This document shows, one piece after another, positions 23,095 through 37,211 of a stretch of DNA of 64,000 nt (its first letter is position 1; the number at the start of each line of letters is the position of its first letter). The translations under genes and the position numbers were made by a program. A model generated the notes under the pieces. It did no database searches, was not told where the DNA came from, and saw only the letters and a program-made list of their open reading frames with translations. This stretch comes from Octopus vulgaris (Eukaryota), in contig OX597820.1 in NCBI GenBank assembly GCA_951406725.2, positions 91,140,001 to 91,204,000 on the forward strand, given 5' to 3'.

Positions 23095-25211
23095 TTCAGT
23101 AATTTATTTTGCTGACGATGAGGTTGATAATGATGACAATAATCTATATGATTAGACACTAGTATGTTCAAACCCATGTTCAAACTTCTTGTGTCTCCTT
23201 AAGGGAAGTCACTGAGCTAGGGTAAGAAAGAAACAGTTGGCATTTATGATAATGGAGGGGGTGGGGGGCTACGGTATTGGTGACAATGTTGCTAATGATA
23301 GAGAATGGAGAAAGATAGAGGAGATTAGAGGGATAAAAAGTGAAATATAGTAATATATATGTACATACAGAGAGTGTAAAAGCTAGAGAAAATAAAAAAC
23401 AAAAACTAAGAAAGGATAATAATGATTATGGTGGTGGTGGTGGTGGTGGTGGTGGTGATGTTTATACTGAAATACAAGAAAGCAGGAGTAAAAAGAGAGA
23501 GAGATGGACAGAGTTAATTCAAAAAATTGTAATGGGAGAGGAAATGAGGAAGGAAAGAAAAGAGAGATTAAGACAGACAATTCTAAGATTATAGGTGCCC
23601 TGCCTTTTCTATCATTATTATTGAAACTGGTTTTAATCCAATTCACAAGTATAGGTAATGCTCAGAATCTAATGTCACCAAAAGGCAGAATGTAACCTGA
23701 AATTGAACCTCATAGAAGAAATAATGCAAGGTGAACACATATATAAAGACTGCTAACGTTGATAAACTAATACACAAAATGATGTAAAAATTGATGATGA
23801 TGATGACGATGATGAAGAAAATGAGGGTGGGTAGTAAATATAACAATGGTGGTTGCGGAGACATATGTTTAGAAGTACTTCAGTTTACCATATTGTGTAA
23901 CCAAAATAATAAAAACATTAGAAAGAAAAGAAAAAAAGCATGCATAACTTGTCAAATATTCAGCTTTACTTTTTATATCCTCTGACCTTTCATTTGGAGT
24001 GTCATGGGAAAAATAATTCCCCATAATATAGAATATCAAAAAGATGGAGAAAAAAAAATATTAAAAGAATTGACCATTAGTTCTTATGATGCTGATAAAG
24101 TTCAAAAGTCAGCATAATAATTTTGCAAATTAGACCTTTTGGCAAATCTGCGTAAGATGAGAAAATGTCCAGAAAGTTAAAAAAAGAAAAAACACCCGTG
24201 GGAATATCAACTTGCAGATGTCAGTTAAATGAAATGTTGAAAATACTGCAATCCCAGAAGAATTCTGATTGAAGGTGAGAGAAACTGATATAAAACAAAT
24301 CTCTTCTTCTTAGAATCAAAAAGAAAGAATCAGGAAAAGCCTCATGTTGTACACTGTAGTAGAAGTGCAGCGAGTCTTTGCAAAAGAATTTAGATAAAAT
24401 TTATTCTACATTTGTCTTGCTAATTCAAAATCAGGAAAATATGGTGAGGTCAATAGGAATGCTCATTTCCTTGCTACAGCTTTGCTTTAGGTGCCTAACA
24501 ACTAAAATCCATGTGATATTCTTTTATTTTATTGCATTAAAGAGTCATTATACATTTGCTTTACTACACTTTATAAATAACACATAGACACATTCAATCA
24601 CTGAAATGTTAAAGAGCTGTGCTACTGATATCAAACCTTGTTCATGAGATCAAGACTTGCACTAGTTACATAACTTTATTTCCTTAAATCTGTTCTACTA
24701 GGAAAAAAAAAAAGGTTGAATAAAGCACGAAAATAGATGATGTTCACATGGTGGGTTTGAATACAGGAGAATTTTTTAAGTCATGCAAGGATCTTATTCA
24801 GAAATCATTTCCTCATTTTCTAAAGAATTATTTTTGCTTTTCTGTTCTTCAGTGAACTTTTTGCTGACGCACATACAACACTCATCTCAAAAGTAATTAT
24901 CAGTAAAAATTTTCTCACTTCAGTGGTTATCAGTTTGAAGCAGTCAAATTGTAAACACTACTATTCCTAAAATATTCAAATTAGCAACAATACGATAGAA
25001 CAGAGAGATTATACCAAAACGTAAAAGTCTTTATATGGTTAATTTCATACATTACCAAACTATCCACAAGACACATTGGTTCACATTCTTGATGGGCACT
25101 AAATTTTCCTATAATCAAAACATTTAACAATTTATGAGAATTATACCCACTTCATAATTCTGCTTTGCAATTTAGCAAATTAAATTATCAATAGTTAATT
25201 ATCATGAGCAT

Positions 25212-25370
25212 AGACACAGTGTGGCTGTGTGGTAAGAAGTTTGCTTGCCAACCTCATGGTTCTAGGTTCATCCCCACTGCATGACAACTTGAGCAAATGT
25301 CTTCTATTATAGCCTTGGGCCAACCAAAGCCTTGTGAGATGATTTGCTAGATGGAAACTGAAAGAAGCCT

Positions 25371-25435
<65 letters not shown>

Positions 25436-25780
25436 ATATACATACACATACATACACACACACATATATACATACATGCACATACACACACAAACACATA
25501 TATATATACATACACACACACACATACATATAGGTAAATATCTATATGCGTGTGTCTTTTTATCTGTGTTTGTCACTTACCACCACTTAACAGTGTTGGT
25601 GTGCTTATGTCCCTGTAACTTAGCAGTTTGGCAAAAGAAACTGATAGTATAAGTACTAGACATAAAGAGAAATAAGTCCTAATGTTAATTTGTTAGCCTA
25701 AAGCTCTTCAAGCCAGTTCCCCAATATGACCACAGTCTAATGCATGAAACAAGTAAAAGAGTGAAGATAAAAATAAAAGA
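25212..25780 (+). mobile_element. tRNA-derived SINE family A with expanded internal microsatellite
   Basis: Family A head and tail separated by about 180 bp of (TA)n/(CA)n. Confidence 0.85.
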
Positions 25781-26308
25781 GTGATGTAGCACATTCTCAT
25801 TAGTAGAATATACATCATTGGATTTTCCAAGGTGTAAGAATAGCTGCATGACTAAAGATCTCACTTTGTAAACTTCATTGAGTCACCTTAGAAAAATATC
25901 TACTACCATGTCCTTAGGGCAATCAAATGCCTTATAAATGGCAACTGTATCAAAGTACTTCAAAGGGTGTATTCTTATTCTTAGATACTGTCTTTATTTT
26001 GGCACTACAGCCATAACATAGAGGGGACAGCACAAGGACAGACAAAGCAAGACATTGGGGTACATGAAAACACATATCGGATGAATTATGAATATAATTA
26101 ATGTGAGAATGAAATGGCTTTCCTACCCCACCAAAGTAGGTAGTTCCATTTTACTGTTTCTAAATTACAGTTTTACTTTACAGTCTTGTGTCTTTTCCTT
26201 AACACAATATTACAACAAATGCTGCTCTAATTCATCTACCTTCTCTTGTCACATTGTTTTCAAAAGACATTACTTAGGTAACTTTAACAGAGTGCACTCT
26301 GTTATAAT

Positions 26309-26615
26309 TGTGGAGGCACATGGAGTAGTAGTTAGAGCAGTGGACTCACAGTCAAGGGATTGCAGGTTCGAATCTCAGATCGGGCGATGAGTGTGTTTAT
26401 GAGCAAAACACCTAAGCTCCACGCAGCTCCAGCAGAAGGTAATGGCGAACTTCTGCTGACTCTTTCACCACAACTTTTTCTCACTCTTTCCTCCTGCATC
26501 TTGCAGTCCACCTGCAACAGACCGGCATCCCGTCCAGGTGGGGAACCTATACACCAAGGAAACCGGGAAACCGGCCCTTATGAGCCAGGCATGGCTCGAG
26601 AAGGAACAAAATCAA
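26309..26615 (+). mobile_element. tRNA-derived SINE family D
   Basis: Head GTAGTTAGAGCAGTGGACTCACAGTC..GGTTCGAATCTC. 13-bp TSD ACTCTGTTATAAT (26296-26308, 26616-26628). Tail GAAACCGGGAAACCGG. Confidence 0.88.
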
Positions 26616-27102
26616 ACTCTGTTATAATGATTCAGATCAGGTCTCTGCATTGAGGATAACTTCTTTCTTTCAATTAGTATCTGAAACATACATGTGTGGC
26701 TCTTCATTCTCTAAGCTTTTTAAAGATGGAACATCAATATTATCAGCTGCAGCAGAATTAATTTTCATTCACTTTCGATGCTGGCATGCATTTGATGAAA
26801 CACCATGGTCAGAGTCAGCACATATCTGGGAATATAGCTCACAGATGGGTCAGAGAACTGCATCTTACACATGTTTCATCCAGATGCCTCTCCAAATACA
26901 CCAACAACTTAAAAGAGTGTGCTAAGTGCTTATTTGGTGGCACCAGTACTAGAAATGTACCATGCCCCAAATCAGACTAAAAAGATCTTTATATATTTGC
27001 AAGACAGCATTGTGAATAATTTATTGGAATAAGATTTCCCACACATATCCTGTTAGTATAAAAATCAATTCAATAAACATGTTTTAAATCTATTAACTAT
27101 AA

Positions 27103-27215
27103 CAGGCATGGGCAACATTTTTGTGTGACAAGCCCCATGAGACATGAAATTCAAAGCAATATTTTGTTAGGAATGCCATTCCACAGGCTGCAAGTGGCAT
27201 GTGTGCCCATGTCTG
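27103..27215. mobile_element. hAT-like MITE
   Basis: TIRs CAGGCATGGGCA / TGCCCATGTCTG and a degenerate 8-bp TSD (AACTATAA / ATCTAGAA). Confidence 0.55.
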
Positions 27216-27321
27216 ATCTAGAACATCAGTTTACTTATGGTGATTGTCTATAGTTATCTCTCAATTTCAACATTTATATAGATAGCTTAAATAGGAACAA
27301 GTGTTGTTTTGATGATAAAGT

Positions 27322-27546
27322 TTAAACTTTTAGCATTCTTATTACTCTGTCAAATGTAATGCTTAATTATTTGCATTGTCTTTAATTTATCATATATTAA
27401 CTCATAGCTTTGAGATTTCAATGATGTGAATGTTTATCTTTAGAATGACAGTAGGGTAGATGTGTGAGGTTTGATATTTTCACTTTAGCACAAAACATGT
27501 AGAATATTTGGGCCAGATATAGCCAGTTTGATGGCTAAAGGCTTAA
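27322..27546. mobile_element. piggyBac-like MITE (second family, decayed)
   Basis: TTAA-ACTTTTAGC...GCTAAAGGC-TTAA termini. Confidence 0.5.
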
Positions 27547-28776
27547 ACATATTAAATTAGAATTGTAGTGTACAGCCAAACATCACTTGAGAGTAAAAAC
27601 AGCATGGTAGCATGCACGATTCCTTTGCTAATTGGTTTAGCATCATAAGTTGCAATAGTTTTTGAATAGAGAAAAGCACATGAGTAAATGAACATTTAAA
27701 GACAATGTGGGTTTATATACTTATTAAAATACAGACTAAAAATACAAACATGGCCTGATCAATTTTCAGCAGTGTCAAAAACTAAATCTTTAGAGAAGCC
27801 AACATAGGCCTCTTTCTGATGAAGAACCATACTTGAAATGCCATTTCCACTCTTCTTTTCCCATCTAATGTAGTCACTGTGTACATCTAATTGACTTTTG
27901 TTATTTTATCCTTTTTTTTTTTTTTTGATCTCGCCACTACACCCTCTCTTGCTCTCTCTCCTCTTCTCTTCTCACTCTTCTCCCCACTCTCGCCTCCATC
28001 TCCCTCTTTCTCTTTCTACTCATTAGAAATAACGACCAACACACCCTACTATCTTATCAAATAAATAATATAAGACATCATGTCTAACAAAAGAGAAAAA
28101 GAGAAAGATAAGAAGGGCTCAGTTAGAAATATCTTTTGATCATTGGCTTGATTCATCAAAGTTAACCTGCGGCTAAACTTAAATAAAACCAACAAATAAA
28201 CTACTAAAACCGTATATTGTGAATTTTCCTCTTTAAACTAATGATATTTCATTATCAACATCCTCAATTGAATGATGTAAAATGTTAACTCCCCGACTTT
28301 GCTTAGACTTTCTATTAAAAAAACAGAAATATTTTGAGTTTCCTTTTTGTGTTTTATCTATCTATGTATTTATTTACTTATCAGTTTACTTGTCAATCTA
28401 TCTATCTGTTTATTTATTTACTTATTGCAATTTCTTTTAAGATAAAGCTGTTGAGTGGAGAAGATCTCTTACAGTTTAACATATGACAATTTTACACAGC
28501 ATCCCAAGAGGATTGAAATTTCAGAAAATTTCAACACCATAACAATCAGTTTTGTTTGGGACTATGTGTGGATATTTATAACTATGTATGTACCTACATA
28601 AATATGTATGTGCATATGTATGTATAAGTGCATGCATGCATATATTCTTGCATATAGGTATAGTTATTTTTTTCAAACATGTAGGCATATACCCATACAT
28701 ACATGCCATAAATACATGCATATACATTTATGTGTGAGTTTGCGTATGTATATTGGTATCCTCTCTCTCCCTCTCT

Positions 28777-28977
28777 ATGTATATATACATATATATATAT
28801 ATGTATGTATGTGTATATATATATTTATATATATATGTATGTATGTGTATATATATATTTATATATATATGTATGTATGTGTATATATATATATTTATAT
28901 ATATATGTATGTATGTATGTGTGTATATATATTTATATATATACGTATGTGTATATATATATTTATATATATGTATG

Positions 28978-29025
<48 letters not shown>

Positions 29026-29030
29026 TATAT
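28777..29030. repeat. AT-rich minisatellite (~34-36-bp unit ATATGTATGTATGTGTATATATATATTTATAT..)
   Basis: About six tandem units are visible. Confidence 0.8.
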
Positions 29031-30038
29031 AAACATGTGTGTGTGGGTGTGTTTATTGATATCCATATAAGTGTATAATTATAGTCAGACACAAATATAA
29101 GTACATTTCTATAAGTGTGACTACCAATATCTATATGTGTCTGTAGTTATAAATTTTGTGTTATAATTTTGTGTTATATTTTTTTTTTTACAATATATTT
29201 AAATGTATATCTGTATAGGAAAATGCATCTGTGTATACATACATACATACATACATACATATGCACAGACATCCTTATGTATATACATAGAAACATATGT
29301 GAATACATACATACTTATGTATATGCATACAAACATATGTGAATACATATATACATACATACTTATGTATAAGCTCATGTATATCTTAGGGGAAGGTGTA
29401 TGGTAGGGATAATCATAGAACATAAACAGTAATATGCATGTCTATTTATGTCTCTCTAAACAAATATACACCAATGCTAAAGAACAATAACAACAACATA
29501 TACATATACATACATATTTTTATCAAAAAATGGCTTTCTTTGTTTTAGTTTTTGGTTGGGTTTTTGCCATTTGTTTGTTAAGTACAATTTTGATTATCTT
29601 ATTTTGTTATGGACATTTTCTTAAAGTTATTTTATAGTTACAAACCTCTCAAGACAATTACCAGGAGAATATGGTGTTTACATATTGTTTCATGACTTTC
29701 TCTATACATTTCGCTATTGTTTTTATCCCGCATATTCAGTTGTACCAGCTACTCTGGTGAACAATGATAAACAGTGTTTGTTGTATCTGAAAATACAATA
29801 GAATATAATAATTTACAGAAAGATATATAAATGTAAACCTATGTTATATATATATTAGAGTTATTTTAATAAAAATTGTAGAATAGTTCTTTAGAGTATT
29901 TTTTGCAATATAGTTTACATCATTTACAGCAATAATTATGGTTGTTGTAAATATGCTTGTTTCTCAACTTCAGTGCTCATTGATTTCACTAGAGTACTTG
30001 CTCTCTATCTATAAAGATATATATGCATATATATGCAC

Positions 30039-30083
<45 letters not shown>

Positions 30084-30086
30084 CAC

Positions 30087-30133
<47 letters not shown>

Positions 30134-30207
30134 TATATACATATATATATATGCACATATATACATATATATATATATATGCACATATATACATATATGT
30201 ATATATG

Positions 30208-30248
<41 letters not shown>

Positions 30249-30261
30249 ACATATATACATA

Positions 30262-30296
<35 letters not shown>

Positions 30297-30572
30297 GCAT
30301 ATATACATATATGTATATAATTATTTGCAAACATGCATACATTTATATATTTATATGTGTGTATATATCAAATTAGATGGATTGTTATTTTAAAGGAGTT
30401 CTATAAATACAACTCTGTCAGTGGTGATGCAAGAAACTCAAATTTTAAGAGTAGAATTACATGTGTGAAATTGCACATATGTGTATGCCTTTGCATACAC
30501 ACGTATATAAGCATATGTACAAGTGAGAGAGTGTGTGTGTTGTGTATGTGTGAATGTGTATGTGTGAGTGTA

Positions 30573-30618
<46 letters not shown>

Positions 30619-31400
30619 TACATATATATATATACACACACACACAAATTGGAGGAAGTAATATCGTCATAAGTGATTGTTAAAAACAATCCAGTGGTCA
30701 ATTAGGTTTAACCAAATATATTGATAAAAAGTTCCTCAATATATATGTATAAACAGTCTCATAACTTAAATATAATAGATATATTTTTCAAATAAATTTG
30801 TTGTTTTAGCAGCATCTCAATGTTCAATATTAGCTAAATTTTAAACGATAAATTTCTAATTACATGACCTCTGTGCCCGAATTAGTTGTTTGTTTACATT
30901 TGAAAATTCCTAAACATAATCTTCAAATAAGTCATTTCGTAATTCAACACCGAAATATACTTAATTTTCCTGACGATATCCAACAAAATATCATCTATTA
31001 CAGCTATGAAAGTTACAATTATTGATTATTCAAACATATTGTCAGATTGAAACATATGTAGAATTTTTTTTTGGATATGTGCATATAAACTATGTTTTGT
31101 ATATCCACGTATGTATGTGTGTGAGCATGCACAGATGTATATATAAGTGTAGTGATGTGTACATGGGTTTATATGTTAGCGTATGTGTGTGTATGTGTCG
31201 ACACATATATAGGTATATATGTGTGTTTGTATGTATATATACACGCATGTGTGAGTATGTATATAGATATATATATACATACATGTGTGCATGTCTGTGT
31301 GAGTATATGTGTGTATATGTGGATACTATGAATGAAGTATTACTTTCACCATGCCTATTGGAGTGATTTCCCTTTATTCAACAGTTTTTTTCATAGTGTT

Positions 31401-31475
31401 TTGTCTTAATCACTGATGAGATGCCAGAGCAGACTGCAGCCCCAGTATCCGAAACTCTGAGTTTTATTATGACAA
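31401..31475 (+). ncRNA. Type I hammerhead ribozyme motif
   Basis: Stem I TTGTCTTAATCA / TTATTATGACAA, CTGATGA (31413-31419), stem II GATGC/GTATC, GAAA-CTC-T-GAG-TT. Same architecture as the 1689 motif. Confidence 0.65.
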
Positions 31476-31514
31476 CCAACTAATTGTCACATATGATATA
31501 TCATAAGAAACAAT

Positions 31515-31755
31515 GAAAGGTCTTCCATGAATGATAGGCTCATATCACCAGTTTCCCAGATTCTGTGGTGTGTATATATTCTTCACCTGGACAGGACACC
31601 AATCCATCGCAGGATTATTTATTTTTAGCAGATGAATGGACTGGAGCAACGTGAAGAGAAGTTCTTTGCTCAAGGACACAATGCATCACCTAGTTCAGGT
31701 ACTGAATCCACAACCTTACAACCATGAGTGCATCTCCCTAACAACTAACCAATGT
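31515..31755 (-). mobile_element. SINE family E, decayed
   Basis: Similar to 46626-46888 (CCAGTTTCCCAGATTC..CTGGACAGGACACC..GGACTGGAGCAACGTGAA..TTGCTCAAGGACACAA). Confidence 0.7.
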
Positions 31756-31777
31756 ACACACACACACATACAAACAG

Positions 31778-32125
31778 AAATTTAAATAATGAAATTATTG
31801 TATACAGTGCTTAGGTGCACCACAACTTGTCAAAAGTGTGTATAAAGCATATGCAGTAATGTACAAATGTCTGGGAAGTGAACAGTGTATGAGTCAGATA
31901 TATGCTTGCGTGTGTATGGAGGGGAGAAGATCATGCGTAGTGTTGGTGAATCTCAGGAACCATGGGAATTTTGAAGGATGCAGTGCTCCAACAACTAACA
32001 ACTGATGCCGGGAATTTGTTCCATACTTCAGCAACTCTTAGCGTGAAAAAATGTTTCCGAAAGAAATGGGAGCTGTGCTGTTTTCTGACTTTGGAAACAT
32101 GTCCATGGGTGTTAGACAGGTGGAG
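31778..32125 (-). mobile_element. CR1-clade LINE 3' fragment
   Basis: Minus-strand translation THGHVSKVRKQHSSHFFRKHFFTLRVAEVWNKFPASVVSCWSTASFK matches the CR1 C-terminal motif (RGH..K...FF..RV...WN.LP..VV....FK). Confidence 0.8.
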
Positions 32126-33551
32126 AATATGACAAACAGGAAAGACTGAAATACATGAATATGAATATATGTTTTATAAAATGAAAGGCCATAAGAGTGA
32201 ATTAAGTCAGTTGATGCTTGCCATGCATGAAAGTCTTGTCCTTTGAGTGTTAGAAATGATACCCATCCATAGTAACTAGGCTAAAAATGGAATATAGGAT
32301 TGGAAGGGAGTAAATCTGTGTACGAACTGAGTGAAACTCTGAAGACCTATCAAACCCATATTAATATGAAACATGCACATTAAAAAAAAACAATGATTAT
32401 GAAGATCAGGCTCATGATCATGATAAAGATGATCATGAGGATTATGATGATGAGAGCAAACGATGATGATGATAATGGTGATGACGATGATGATGGTTGT
32501 GATGATGGTGTAAATGTGCTATGATAGTGATGGCACATTTACAAATACACTAACTCAAACTGGTGAGCCAGAAATTGAAAACTAAGTAGGTGTTATTCTG
32601 CAATCATTAACAGGAGAATTACATACATCCAATACTAGACGAATTTTATAAACCCAAACTAAATTTATATGGACATTGAGGTAATTGAATTCAGTCCCTT
32701 GACAACAGTGTAATGGGAAAATACTTAATAAGCATATGACCTTATACATTAAAGTTTGTTTCGTTTGTGTCTCATTAATTTCTTCAATTGTGTTTATAAA
32801 GTTAAGGTATCTGATGTAGAAGAAGTAGTGAAAGCTAAGATTAATATTGTATGGGTATATATATGCGTTTTTACAGTTCTGTAATTCTGAGATGAGGACT
32901 AATACATATGTATGTGCGTTATATACATGCATACATACATATATATATATATACATATATATATATATGTACATATACATATAAATATAGATAGTTACAT
33001 ATATACATCTATCTATCTAGCTATCTATCTGTTTATCTCTCTCTTTCTATATATAGATAGTTATATATAGATAGTTTCTAAACATAGATAGTTACATATA
33101 TACATCTATCTATCTATCTATCTATCTGTCTGTCTGTCTCTTTCTATATATACATACATATACACACACAGACACATACACACACATGCTTACACACATA
33201 CATTTATACATACATGAGCATATACACATGTCTTTATACACGTATGTGTATATACATGCGTATGCGCATAAATGTAAGAACAAGAGAGAGAAATTGATAA
33301 AAGAAAAGTTAGAGCTGCATCATGTGAATAACCACCTGATTCGAAGTGTACTGAGACTGCATAAAAAGTTTGGAAGTTTGATATTCCCAGTGGAACAATT
33401 TCACTTCTTCTAGTCCTTGGGTTTGTGATTTTTGCATACAGGCAGGAATAAACATGTTCACACACGTCACACACATGTGTTATTTTGCATACAGTCCTTA
33501 CTTGCAAATGCATATATATATATATATATATATACACCTATCTTTTCTCTC

Positions 33552-33594
<43 letters not shown>

Positions 33595-33916
33595 GTGTGT
33601 GTGTGTGTGTATGTAAATATATATCAAATATCATATGAGAAAAATTCTTGATTTATGGAAATTGTCTTACCTTTGAGACAAGAGTAAATAATGACTTGCA
33701 GCAGTTGTGAATATTTCAAAATGGAGAGGCAAGATAATCTCAGGAATCAGGAATTCTCTGAGAGTGACATAACATTTAAGAAAAGACAGTTAGACAAAAG
33801 GGCAGTCATGCATATGTTTTTGTCTCAGTAGTAGTCATCAGCACAGCAGTTTTTCTACTATGTCTCCAACAGATGAGATAGACAAATACATAGATATGTG
33901 TATGTATATATATATA

Positions 33917-34130
33917 TCACCGTGATCCCCATGGCCAACCAGGCTATCAGATGTTGCTACATATCGCTGGCCACAATGCACTTCACATTGTTTTAGCCTT
34001 CAAATGATGCCACCTCGCTGGCTAAGCAAGCAGGCCAACAGAAGAAAGAGTGAGAGTATGTTGTGGTGAAAGAGTACAGCAGGGATCGCCACCACCCCCT
34101 GTCAGAGCCTTGTGGAGCTTTTAGGTGTTT
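33917..34130 (-). mobile_element. SINE fragment related to family D body
   Basis: Shares AAAACACCTAA-AGCTCCAC with 26405. A second partial copy lies at 50357-50467. Confidence 0.6.
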
Positions 34131-35555
34131 TAACTTGTAGTAAGCAACATTTATTAAAATAAAAGTATTCAGAACACAGAATAACATGTAACAAAAACAA
34201 TTTGGAAACATATTTACATTCCCATATAACAGTTGAGAACATCTCCATTATTGTATAACGCATGCACGGAAGTGTTTGTTCGACTAGGTGCTGCTGGCTT
34301 AATTAAGCATGACTCAAATTAGAGAAGGGGTGTGTATTATACACAAGGCTTAGGTTTTCCAGAGGTACAGCCCTCTGAAAATTCCCTCCATATTATACTC
34401 AAGAGCAAGACTATACTCGAGGATTTATGGTAACACCTATGATACCAAACTGGCTGTTACACCCACTGGTTCTTTGATAGAAATTGCCTGTTTTACGTAA
34501 AATGTAAATTAACAGCTTGCATCAAAATTCCTTATTAATTTATGTCCCAAATATCAGTGGAATAATGACAAAATCAGTTTGCTAAGTTCTTCATTCTTTG
34601 TAAAATTAAATGAAATAAAGCAGTTTATTTTAACAGAAACAGCGTAACAAAAGGATTTTAAAATGGTAAATGTACACAGTCAATATCCTTTGCTCTCACA
34701 CATTAAAATACAAAAGACAGATGTTTTGACCAAAATTTCAAACTATAATTCATAAAATAATAATAATTTGTAAACAAACTTGTTAATATGCCCTATACTT
34801 GTTTGAAATATGATATGACTCAAAGTAGTATAAAAAAAATATATACATTTCTCTATAAACATGAAACAATACTTGCATTTTAAAATGGAATTTGATAGTT
34901 GGTATTATTTTCTTTTAAGATTCTATAGAACTTTCATTTCTTTTTCTACTTATTTTTTTACTCTTTTCACAATCCTGATGATTTACTTCTCATAAAACAT
35001 TAAATATGTATTGTGTGATAAAACTGATAAAAATGTAGCAAATTTCTGAATTTTTCACAAATCAGTTTTATTTTTTGTTGTTTTGTTTGTTATTTTTTTT
35101 TTATATAATTTTTCTGAAACTTTTTTTTTTCTTATATTCATCATTTATACCTGATGGAAACAATTCCCTTTTTATTGTTGTAGACAATGCATTGTTTAAA
35201 AGAAGTTAGTAGCTTTGTTAAAACACAACAATAAAGGTTTAGAGGATAGTTGAAAAATAAAAACACTATTAAAGATTCATTCATTTCTGCAATACTTAAC
35301 CTGTTTATCAGAAATCTGAGAACACAAGATTTTATTTATTATTCTTAGGTTGTTTTTGATTTTTGTTTTGTGTTTCTTTTTATTTTTTTTTTTTATCTTT
35401 GCCTTGAGAACTTGGAAATATTTAGCAAGTATAACTTAAAAATTTATGTATTGCAATATTTTGCACAATACACATAATTTGTTATTAGAATATTTATCCC
35501 ACTACAAACACACACAAACACACATGTATACACATACATACACATAGATTTGTAA

Positions 35556-35590
<35 letters not shown>

Positions 35591-35949
35591 TACAAATCTA
35601 TGTGCGTGTATGTGTATATAGACACATACATATATATTTATTGAATATACATATGTACTTTTGTATATATGTAGACAGACATGCAGACAGGCATACAGAT
35701 AGAGAGGCAGACAAACAGACAGACATAAACTACATCTATGCTACATACAGACACACATACATATAATTGTAAATGAAAAGTGAGAGATGATGCTTAACAT
35801 GTTTACAACAAAAACAATGATGGTTTTGATAATGGTAGCAACGCTGACACTGTATCTAAAGGTGGTATGTTTGTAAGATATTGTTAATATTGCTGATCCC
35901 TCAGGAGTTAATTTTGCTGTTGCTAATGGCAATGTGATACTAATGTTGA

Positions 35950-36118
35950 TGAGAAGGAAGACAACAATAAGGAAGAAGAAGAAGGTGAAGAAGTAGAAGA
36001 AGAAGAAGAGGAAGGAGAGGAAGAAGAAGAAGAGGGAGGAAAGGAAGAGGAAGGAGAGGAAGAAGAGGAAGGAAAGGAAGAAGAGGAAGAAGAAGAAGAA
36101 GAAGAAAGAGAAGAAGAT
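35950..36118. repeat. (GAA/GAG)n purine-rich simple repeat
   Basis: Seen directly in the sequence. Confidence 0.9.
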
Positions 36119-36849
36119 ATTTAATGTATTTCAGAAGTATTGCCCAAGTGGAATTTTTATGGTCCTAGAGCCTACATTAAATTGTTGCACTTCAACTTCA
36201 CTGAAATTGTAATTGATCTAATGAGAGAAACTAATATCTTAATCAATGAACCATATTTTCATTGTATCAAGCCTGCAAACAGCATTAGCAATGTTGGTGC
36301 TGCTGCTGACGAATCTTCTTACTAAATAAATTCACTGTTCATTGGTCAGAATGGTTTGGTTAAAGATTAACTAGCAAGGTGAATATAAAAGAGGGAAGTA
36401 GCTCGGATGAGTTCAGTTAATCTCACTATACACATCAAGGATTTTAAGAGCCTAAAAGGTAGAATTATTTAATCAGAATGCTATCTTTATCATACAAAAT
36501 GATATCCATTACTAGAACATTCTAGACTATTACAAGAATTAGTTTGATTAGTCAGCATTGTCTTCTTCTAGGCTTGAATAATTGTTTAAGAGCTGATGCT
36601 TATGTCAAATTTAATTGGGGGAGAGAAATGAAATATGGGTTGTGTATATGTTTATCAATGTCAACATTTTCTGACTGTCTTTTACCTATTTTTGGCAGAG
36701 ATTTCAAGACTTGTATATTATCATTTCAAATATAAACTGAAGGTCAGAATTATGGGAAGAAATTAACTTCAACTTTGATTTATACTTCCCACATGTTGGA
36801 TCCAATAAAATAAACTGTTGTTATAATTTATCATTTTACAGTACGTTAT

Positions 36850-37161
36850 GGTGGTATGTAAAAAGCACCATCCAAACGTGACTGATGCCAGCACTGCATG
36901 ACTGGCATCTGTGTCAGTGATGCATAAACAGCACCAACTGATTGTGGCCATTTGCTAGCCTCTTCTGGACCCTGTGCTGGTGGCACATAAAAAGTACCCA
37001 CTACACTCACGGAGTGGTTGGCGTTACGAAGGGCATCCAGCTGTAGAAACACTGCCAGATCAGACTGGAGACTGGTGTAGCCTCCTGGCTTCCCAGACCC
37101 TGGTCGAACTGTCCAACCTATACTAGCATGGAAAACGGATGTCAAATGGTGATGATGATGA

Positions 37162-37165
<4 letters not shown>
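36850..37165 (+). mobile_element. RTE 3'UTR/tail fragment
   Basis: GGCATCCAGCTGTAGAAACACTGCCAGATCAGACTGGAG..GCATGGAAAACGGATGTCAAAT(GAT)n. Further copies at 39347-39465, 46975-47250 and 62710-62875 (-). Confidence 0.8.
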
Positions 37166-37204
<39 letters not shown>

Positions 37205-37211
37205 TACATAT

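Noticed and set aside
24330-24365. GKAS/EKPH-like zinc-finger linker
   Set aside because: No C2H2 spacing or open frame around it.
29660-29786. Strong minus-strand acceptor at 29787
   Set aside because: All three frames hit stops within about 65 nt and there is no convincing donor.
28777-30310. Regularly spaced repeats resembling an array
   Set aside because: Low-complexity mini- and microsatellites with no unique spacers in a eukaryotic context; not CRISPR.
34135-34432. Possible pogo/Tigger-like terminus (TATACTCGAGGATTTATGGTA)
   Set aside because: Only one end is visible, with no matching TIR or transposase; it cannot be supported as a feature.
35950-36118. Possible poly-Glu coding segment
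   Set aside because: Simple (GAA)n repeat with no supporting splice sites or ORF context.
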